Positions 57,866 through 64,000 of a stretch of 64,000 nt of DNA are shown here, in pieces (position 1 is the stretch's first letter; the number at the start of each line of letters is the position of its first letter). The translations under genes were made by a program, and so were the position numbers. This DNA is from Bacteroidia bacterium (lineage in GTDB: Bacteria > Bacteroidota > Bacteroidia > CAILMK01 > JBBDIG01). The stretch is taken from NCBI GenBank assembly GCA_040880525.1, contig JBBDIG010000045.1:9266-73265 (forward strand), given 5' to 3'. The notes below the pieces were generated by a model, which ran no database searches, was not told the origin of the DNA, and saw only the letters and a list, made by a program, of their open reading frames with translations.

Positions 57866-59062
57866 TTGAAGAAAAAAATTATGAAAAAGATATTCCTCAT
57901 TCTGATACAAATTTCCTGGTCGGCCCTCGTTTTTGGGCAATGGACTCAGATGAATGATTTCCCATCAACCCCTACAGACGGAGCTTTTAGTTTTGTGCTG
58001 GATAATAAAGGCTATGTAGGTGGCGGACTTGCGGGGAACGAGGTTTTTAGCTTCGATGCTTCGAATGGTGAATGGACCGAAAAGGCGCCAATCCCCAGCC
58101 CTGGCGATCACCTTGCATGGGCCTTTAGCTTTGTAATCAATGGCAAAGCGTACGTTGGTGGTGGCTCTTTCGAGACCGCATCAGACCTCACCGATAAGAT
58201 GTACGAATATGATCCGCAAATGGATACTTGGACGGAAAAGGCACCTTATCCCGCAGGTGAACGTGATGGCTGCTTTTCTTTTTCTGTTAATGGAAAAGGC
58301 TATGTGGGCGGAGGTTTCGATGGGCAGTATATGCTATTCGACTTCTATGAATATAATCCTGCTACTGATCAGTGGCGAAGTTTGCCCGATTATCCGGGAG
58401 GACCGGTTCTCTTTGCAGTTTCCTTTGTGATAGATGGGAAAGCCTATGCAGGCACAGGCGCTCAGGGAACTATGGAAATTGATGATATCTGGGAATTTGA
58501 TCCTACAACAGAAAGCTGGAATCAGGTGGCATCATTTCCCGGAGAATCGCGCCAGGCAGCGGTGGGATATGCCGTTGGCGGCAAAGGCTACATAGCAGGT
58601 GGAATGTCTGACTATACAACCATTCGTAGCGACCTTTGGGAATATGACCCTGCTGCGGATAACTGGCAGAAAATAGAAGACAACTTGCCGACTGATCAAC
58701 TTGCATGGTCAACCGCATTTGTACTAGGAAATGATGCGTTCATTGGCCTCGGAGTGAATTTACCAGACTTCGAATTTTCCAACTCATTCTATAAATACAG
58801 TCACGTCTCTACTGGTATTTATCAGAAAACGCCTGCTGCGCTAGAAGTATATCCGAATCCGGCTTCATCTGTCCTGAATATTAAAAACCCGCAAGCAGGG
58901 CTAAATGCACAGGGCTATATGCTGGATGCAACAGGAAAGACCGTGAAGAAATGGAAGCCGGATGAAAGCGAAATCAATATCGAAGATCTTGCAGAAGGAA
59001 TCTATCTGCTGAGATTAATTGTGGAGGGAGAAATATTTCAGCAAAAAATATTGGTTCAATAA
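57866..59062 (+). CDS. Kelch-repeat protein with T9SS (Por) C-terminal sorting domain
   Basis: Signal peptide, six Kelch-like blades (…KGYVGGG…), and C-terminal LEVYPNPASSVLNIKN…GIYLLRLIVEGEIFQQKILVQ, typical of the Por_Secre_tail domain. Confidence 0.8.
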   Translation: MKKKIMKKIFLILIQISWSALVFGQWTQMNDFPSTPTDGAFSFVLDNKGYVGGGLAGNEVFSFDASNGEWTEKAPIPSPGDHLAWAFSFVINGKAYVGGGSFETASDLTDKMYEYDPQMDTWTEKAPYPAGERDGCFSFSVNGKGYVGGGFDGQYMLFDFYEYNPATDQWRSLPDYPGGPVLFAVSFVIDGKAYAGTGAQGTMEIDDIWEFDPTTESWNQVASFPGESRQAAVGYAVGGKGYIAGGMSDYTTIRSDLWEYDPAADNWQKIEDNLPTDQLAWSTAFVLGNDAFIGLGVNLPDFEFSNSFYKYSHVSTGIYQKTPAALEVYPNPASSVLNIKNPQAGLNAQGYMLDATGKTVKKWKPDESEINIEDLAEGIYLLRLIVEGEIFQQKILVQ

Positions 59063-59077
59063 ACGAACTGGGTTTTG

Positions 59078-59368
59078 CTATTGACTTATTTCTGCCGGCT
59101 CACGGAAATATTTGCGGTCGCTATAAAAGGTGCCAAATGGAACAAATGCCGAGGCGAAGCTCACCAGGATAGGCCGGGCTTTCCATTTGTGCTGAATGGC
59201 TATAACAGCCAGCCATAATGAGTACCCTATAAAAAGTACACCATGCGCCATTCCCACATGACGCACCATTTCAGGTTCGTCATAGAAATATTTCAAGGGC
59301 ATTGCAATGAACAGCAACACCAGCAGCGAAACGCCTTCGAGCAGCGCCAGGATCCTCAATAATTTCAT
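59078..59368 (-). CDS. DUF3817-like small membrane protein
   Basis: 96 aa, two to three TM helices (LRILALLEGVSLLVLLFIAMP…). Confidence 0.55.
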   Translation of the reverse strand: MKLLRILALLEGVSLLVLLFIAMPLKYFYDEPEMVRHVGMAHGVLFIGYSLWLAVIAIQHKWKARPILVSFASAFVPFGTFYSDRKYFREPAEISQ

Positions 59369-59579
59369 GCTCAGTTCACTTCATTTATTTGGCCGGCAAA
59401 AATAGGGTATCCAAAGGTGCCTGATGTCTGAATTGTCATCCTGTTTTGAAAGAGGTTTGTTCGGTATTATTCCTGGTTTTAATTAAAAAAATAAAATGTT
59501 TTAAAATTTCCGGAAATTCATTCCCAAACATTATTTAAAAACATAAATTAATTTTTTAATAAGAAATTGAGACTGGCTA

Positions 59580-60518
59580 TCATTTAATCAGCACAACTTT
59601 TTCAAAATGGATCACAGCATCATTGGCAATAAGTTGCAACAGGTAGGTTCCATTTGCGAGACCGGTAACGTCCAAAGCATGAACGTCAGTCAGCAGCCAT
59701 TCCTTTTTTACAATGCGGCCGGTAGCGTCCGTAAGTACGGCCTCTATCCTTTTCGTTTGTGGCGTACCAGGCCGTTCAATCATCAGCGCTCCGGATGCCG
59801 GAATAGGATAAACCTTCATCTTAGCTGCTTCTGCCTTACCGTCAATCGAAACCGAAACATTGCGAAAGCAACGAATTGCCAATCCTGCCTCCGGAGCAAT
59901 AGGGCCTGAACCTGAGCTTTCGAGCGACCAGCTTACCCACTTGAAGAGTACACCTGAACCGGGCGTGGTAACAAACCAACCGGCACGCTGTCCCCTGTAG
60001 TTGAAAGTTCCATCCGCATGGCTTCTGAAGCCGCCTGGCAGCGCGGTAAACCCGCTGTTATTGGTTGCTCCTGTATTAGGCTCCTCCCAATGTTCCGTGC
60101 CGGCTTGTTTCAGCTTTCCACCTGCCATGCTGGCGCCTCCCAAAGAACTGATCATTTTATCCCAATCCTGCTCTGAAGGGACACTCCAGCCTGCAGGACA
60201 AATGTCGGGGTCCATCGCCACGTAGCCATTATATATTCTTCCATAGAGAAAGTGGTGCGTAGCAGAATCATTATCATACCAGCACATGCCAGGTTCTGTA
60301 AGCGTTGGCCAGACAGCGTTGTCCTCCTCTTCTAAAATCGAATCGCCATTATTAAATCGGGAAGTGCGAAGATTTTCGGCCATCCATTCCTGGCTGCCAA
60401 TTCTTACTGTAGGGTAGGTGTTGCCATCCACATCAGCAACCTGTGCCAGAACAGGCGCTGAAGTCAGGCTGGTTAACCACAATAAAATTATCTTTAGGGT
60501 AGCCGGGAAGTTCTTCAT
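59580..60518 (-). CDS. Fibrobacter succinogenes major paralogous (FISUMP) domain protein with T9SS C-terminal domain
   Basis: Signal peptide. DVDGNTYPTVRIGSQEWMAENL (FISUMP, TIGR02145 pattern). C-terminal VYPIPASGALMIE…GTYLLQLIANDAVIHFEKVVLIK matches the Por sorting domain. Confidence 0.75.
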   Translation of the reverse strand: MKNFPATLKIILLWLTSLTSAPVLAQVADVDGNTYPTVRIGSQEWMAENLRTSRFNNGDSILEEEDNAVWPTLTEPGMCWYDNDSATHHFLYGRIYNGYVAMDPDICPAGWSVPSEQDWDKMISSLGGASMAGGKLKQAGTEHWEEPNTGATNNSGFTALPGGFRSHADGTFNYRGQRAGWFVTTPGSGVLFKWVSWSLESSGSGPIAPEAGLAIRCFRNVSVSIDGKAEAAKMKVYPIPASGALMIERPGTPQTKRIEAVLTDATGRIVKKEWLLTDVHALDVTGLANGTYLLQLIANDAVIHFEKVVLIK

Positions 60519-60642
60519 GCTATTGTCATTTGGTTCGTGCTGCTATCAAGACTTTTTCGATCAGACGAAATTCATTTCTCATGTGGCTGATCATTATAGG
60601 TGCCTCAATTTAAGATCATTTCATGGAAATATATCTTTTTGC

Positions 60643-61029
60643 CTACGAAAGTTTCATCAGGCCCTCTGACAAAGAAGCAACAAAATTGACTTGCCTGCCC
60701 CGGTTGCTTTCAGTAATAAAATCATTAAGTTTCGTTCCCTGATATTTCTTAAAATCACCCACAATGGCAAGCCTTACCCGGTAGGTAGAAAACTTCTGAA
60801 GAATTTCTCCTGCCATTCCATTTTTCAGATCAAAAAACTCAGGTGTTATATTGCTTTCATAAATAATAATCCGGTCAAAGCCCTGGTAATATAAATTTCC
60901 TAAGAGATCCAATCCATCTTCAGCAGAGGTAATAACCATTTGGCCGGAAGATATTTCAGCAATCTTTGTATTACCGGATGCGTGAGCCTCAATTTTCATT
61001 TTATCAGTGGGTAATTCCATTAAGATCAA
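60643..61029 (-). CDS. DUF4180 domain protein
   Basis: 128 aa with the …AEDGLDLLGNLYYQGFDRIIIYESNITPEFFDLKNGMAGEILQKF… pattern of DUF4180. Confidence 0.55.
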   Translation of the reverse strand: MILMELPTDKMKIEAHASGNTKIAEISSGQMVITSAEDGLDLLGNLYYQGFDRIIIYESNITPEFFDLKNGMAGEILQKFSTYRVRLAIVGDFKKYQGTKLNDFITESNRGRQVNFVASLSEGLMKLS

Positions 61030-61236
61030 AAATCCGGTAATCTATTTTGATCAAGCTACACTTCTATTAGAATTTGTTTTTAATTTTAATATATAAGTAA
61101 TTTTCGAAAGAATTAATTCAATTGAAAATAGTGCTCAAAAACAACGGATTCTTCACCTATATGGATTTCTTACCGGAAAGGCACCGGTGGAATGGATAAT
61201 CAGAAAAACCTGGTCACAAAACTGAACCGCATTCCA

Positions 61237-62214
61237 TTACGAAACTACCTGAGCGGTTTCGTGCTCTTTCATTACTAAAAAGCGCTCTGCATCCAGGGCG
61301 GCCATACAGCCGGTGCCTGCGGCTGTTACTGCCTGGCGGTAAACTTTATCCTGGGCATCACCACTGGCGAAAACACCTTCCACATTTGTATGCGTGGTGC
61401 CTTTCACTACTTTAATGTATCCGGTTTCATCCAGTTCCAGATAATCCTTAAAAATATCAGTATTAGGTTTATGGCCGATGGCGATAAACAGGCCGGTTAC
61501 TTTCAGTTCCCGCTCATCACCGGTTTGATTATTCACCACGTGTACGGCAGTTACCTCTTTTTCGCCAATCACTTCCCTGACTTCATGATGGTATAGTATC
61601 TCAATATTCTTAGTATTTCGCACCCGCTCCTCCATAATCTTTGATGCACGGAATTCATCCTTTCGCACCAGCATATAGACTTTTTTGCAAAGCTTTGCCA
61701 GGTAGGATGCTTCTTCGCAGGCAGTATCTCCGCCCCCCACAATTGCTACTTCCTCTCCCCGGAAAAAATAGCCATCACAAACCGCACAGGCAGAAACTCC
61801 GTGCCCGTTGAGCCGCTGCTCCGATTCTATGCCCAGCCATTTTGCTGAAGCTCCGGTAGCAATGATCACTGCCTCCGCCTCAATAGTCTTCGACTCATCA
61901 ACGGTAACCTTGTGCGGGTAGCCTGAAAAATCCACAGAGGAGACCAGGCCATATCGAATGTCTGTGCCGAAGCGCTCCGCCTGTTTGCGGAACAGCTCCA
62001 TCATTTGAGGCCCCTGGATCCCTTCCGGATAGCCGGGATAATTCTCTACATCAGTGGTAATCATCAACTGTCCACCGGGTTGTATGCCGGCATACATCAT
62101 AGGATTCAGCTCTGCCCGTGCTGCATAAATGGCAGCCGTATATCCTGCCGGGCCGGAGCCTATGATCAGTAATTTTACCTTTTCTATTTCTTCTGTTCCG
62201 TTTGTGCGGTTCAT
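61237..62214 (-). CDS. trxB: thioredoxin-disulfide reductase
   Basis: FAD motif LIIGSGPAGYTAAIY, redox-active CAVCDG, NADPH motif VAIVGGGDTACEEA. 325 aa. Confidence 0.95.
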   Translation of the reverse strand: MNRTNGTEEIEKVKLLIIGSGPAGYTAAIYAARAELNPMMYAGIQPGGQLMITTDVENYPGYPEGIQGPQMMELFRKQAERFGTDIRYGLVSSVDFSGYPHKVTVDESKTIEAEAVIIATGASAKWLGIESEQRLNGHGVSACAVCDGYFFRGEEVAIVGGGDTACEEASYLAKLCKKVYMLVRKDEFRASKIMEERVRNTKNIEILYHHEVREVIGEKEVTAVHVVNNQTGDERELKVTGLFIAIGHKPNTDIFKDYLELDETGYIKVVKGTTHTNVEGVFASGDAQDKVYRQAVTAAGTGCMAALDAERFLVMKEHETAQVVS

Positions 62215-62391
62215 AAATTTAACTTTTTAATACAGGTGCAAATTTAAGAATTAACAAAATGCTTTCCCTTTGGGTGGATGATTTCAAATACAGGATGATC
62301 CTTAATTTAATTTTCCTGACCTGAAGGAATCAACGAATGGATTTACCTTTTTTATGAAATAATCCAAAACCGAAAATGAACATTCCTGTGG

Positions 62392-62613
62392 CTAAAAATC
62401 CCAGATAGGATTTCTGCGCCTGCGCCTGATGTAGTTGCGCATATTCAGCAAAAAAGCAAATGCCAGATATACCAGGATCGGTGAACCGAGCGTGAGAAAG
62501 GTGGAATACACAAAAAACATCCTGATGTGGGAAGTCCGGATGCCCAGCTTCTCTCCCAAATAGGAGCAGACACCAAAAAACTTCACTTCCATAAAATCTC
62601 TGATTCTTTTCAT
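62392..62613 (-). CDS. PspC-domain small membrane protein
   Basis: 73 aa. …FGVCSYLGEKLGIRTSHIRMFFVYSTFLTLGSPILVYLAFAFLL… matches the PspC N-terminal domain. Confidence 0.55.
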   Translation of the reverse strand: MKRIRDFMEVKFFGVCSYLGEKLGIRTSHIRMFFVYSTFLTLGSPILVYLAFAFLLNMRNYIRRRRRNPIWDF

Positions 62614-62679
62614 TTCTTATTGCAAAAGAAGTTGTTACAATAGTTCCAAATATTGCTTAACAGGCAGCAAATTACAAAA

Positions 62680-63969
62680 TTATCCGGTCGCCTCATTTAT
62701 ACTTAAATGAAGAAGTTTATTGCCGATAGCGCATTGGAGGCAGCGCACCTTATCGCAATATTCCTTTTTCAGATGCAGCAGAGCCTGCGAATCCGATGCC
62801 GTCCCATTAGGAACACCCAGTTCCTCAAACTTTCTTAAAATTCGATTGCCTTCCGGCTTCATGTGCTCCAAAAGAGACAGCGCCCGTTCCCTGTGTTCGA
62901 GCGACTTTTTGGCATTGCCATGCGCAAAAAGAAAAGGAGCTATAGTATTGATGATTATGGTTTTGACGGCTGTATCCCCCGTTTTCTTCTTCGTCTTGCG
63001 CGCTGAAGGATTGCCAAAACTGTAGTGAGTATCCCAATATTCAGAAGCTGCAACCTTGAAATGCTGCATTACCTCTTTGGGTTCCTTTACCTCCAGGATT
63101 TTGGTAAACAGGTGCGTAGACTGGCTCACTACCTGGGCAAACTGAGCAATGCGGATGGTCGGAAAATTAGCAGGACGCATTCGCATCATCTTCCACATTT
63201 GTCCGGGAAGTGGCTGTAGTCCATACTTCTGTTTCAGGAACTGATATTCCTTGCGCAGCTTTTGGGGATATTCATCCTGATATTCAGGCTTCAGGAGGCC
63301 AGCCTGGCCATATAGCAGCGCTTCCAACTGAAACAGGTTGTTTTTGTGTTTGCCCAGCACCCTGAGCGATAAACTGCGGGCAAGCTGCTCAAAGGCGAAG
63401 GCATTTACATTAAAGCCAAAATTCCGCGCCAGTTGCTGATAAAAGGTTTCGCTCCAGTCGTAGCGGTTTTGCCTGAGAACTGAAAGAATGTACCCGGCCT
63501 TTTCCTCTACCCGCTCCATGGCCATGCGCCCTGCCCAATGCGTGAGGGTGAATTCGTTTACCTGGCCGATCATATTCTCGCATGGAATAAAATCTTCATT
63601 GGATCGGAGATAGTCATATCGCTTCAGCAGGTGCGGAGAAATTCTTCGCTTCAGTTCCAAGGCAGGAATCTTCCCCACTCCGGTGTCTCCCAAATAGTCA
63701 TGATTATACACTACATGAAGCACCACGTTATCGAAAGCCTTGTCGAGGTGATGCTGGTGCCGGTGCCAATCGGAACTATTGACGTGGATTTCCACATTTC
63801 CGGCCCAGGTGGTTGTGCCGATGCGAATGCGGGCATTAAAAAAGTCCGGACCCGAATCGTTATTGCGCTGACCAGGGTGAAGCACCTGTAGCCGCTCAGC
63901 ACCTATGCGCAATTTGTCGTGGTCAAAAAGCTGGTACTTCCAGATGTGGTAAAGCAGTTCTTCATTCAT
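62680..63969 (-). CDS. DUF2851 family protein
   Basis: 429 aa. N-terminus MNEELLYHIWKYQLF… and a His-rich core (HVNSSDWHRHQHH) characteristic of DUF2851. Confidence 0.65.
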   Translation of the reverse strand: MNEELLYHIWKYQLFDHDKLRIGAERLQVLHPGQRNNDSGPDFFNARIRIGTTTWAGNVEIHVNSSDWHRHQHHLDKAFDNVVLHVVYNHDYLGDTGVGKIPALELKRRISPHLLKRYDYLRSNEDFIPCENMIGQVNEFTLTHWAGRMAMERVEEKAGYILSVLRQNRYDWSETFYQQLARNFGFNVNAFAFEQLARSLSLRVLGKHKNNLFQLEALLYGQAGLLKPEYQDEYPQKLRKEYQFLKQKYGLQPLPGQMWKMMRMRPANFPTIRIAQFAQVVSQSTHLFTKILEVKEPKEVMQHFKVAASEYWDTHYSFGNPSARKTKKKTGDTAVKTIIINTIAPFLFAHGNAKKSLEHRERALSLLEHMKPEGNRILRKFEELGVPNGTASDSQALLHLKKEYCDKVRCLQCAIGNKLLHLSINEATG

Positions 63970-64000
63970 TTCCCTGGAGGATTAAAAAAAGCGAATGGCT

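Noticed and set aside
1-64000. Search for CRISPR arrays, rRNA, transposase/integrase genes
   Set aside because: No regularly spaced direct repeats with unique spacers, no rRNA-like conserved blocks, and no transposase or integrase-like ORFs or terminal inverted repeats were seen. The window appears free of these.

Overview
This is a 64-kb chromosomal window from a Bacteroidetes-type genome, identified by gldC, two proteins with T9SS C-terminal sorting domains, dense genes without Shine-Dalgarno spacing, and about 45% GC. Most of it is ordinary housekeeping: lpxK, a Nif3-family gene, uvrB, corA, ribH, pdhA, trxB, and several ABC transporters and two-component systems. Envelope and polysaccharide genes are scattered through it: an epimerase, GT4, an O-antigen-ligase-like gene, GT2, a processive GT2 carrying QxxRW, two GT-C membrane glycosyltransferases, and an MBOAT O-acyltransferase with its partner. 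The most unusual content is a co-directional three-gene cluster at 38281-47238. It encodes a 1120-aa inner-membrane-anchored protein with a ~530-residue K/E/M/Q-rich TolA-like coiled coil, then a 736-aa protein with a double-TM N-terminus, a VWA(MIDAS) domain and a C-terminal TM anchor, then a ~1087-aa secreted protein with TolB-like beta-propeller repeats ending in a C-terminal Phe beta-barrel signature. No characterised system I know has this architecture, and it looks like a trans-envelope module. Other notable items are listed below.
- A QueF (preQ0 reductase) homolog whose catalytic Cys is replaced by Gly.
- A possible arginase-fold protein with degenerate metal ligands.
- gldC sitting in an operon with a GT-C membrane protein and a processive GT2, rather than with gldB.
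- A ~950-bp ORF-free structured leader ending in a terminator-like hairpin just upstream of an orphan pair of DppB/DppC-type permeases that carry large insertions.
- Six near-identical 111-bp tandem repeats inside a WG-repeat lipoprotein-like gene.
- A small accessory island holding a DUF4143 AAA ATPase, a HEPN/MNT toxin-antitoxin pair, and a long-form sigma-70 gene with YciI and SnoaL partners.
No rRNA, convincing tRNA, CRISPR array, transposase or integrase was found.
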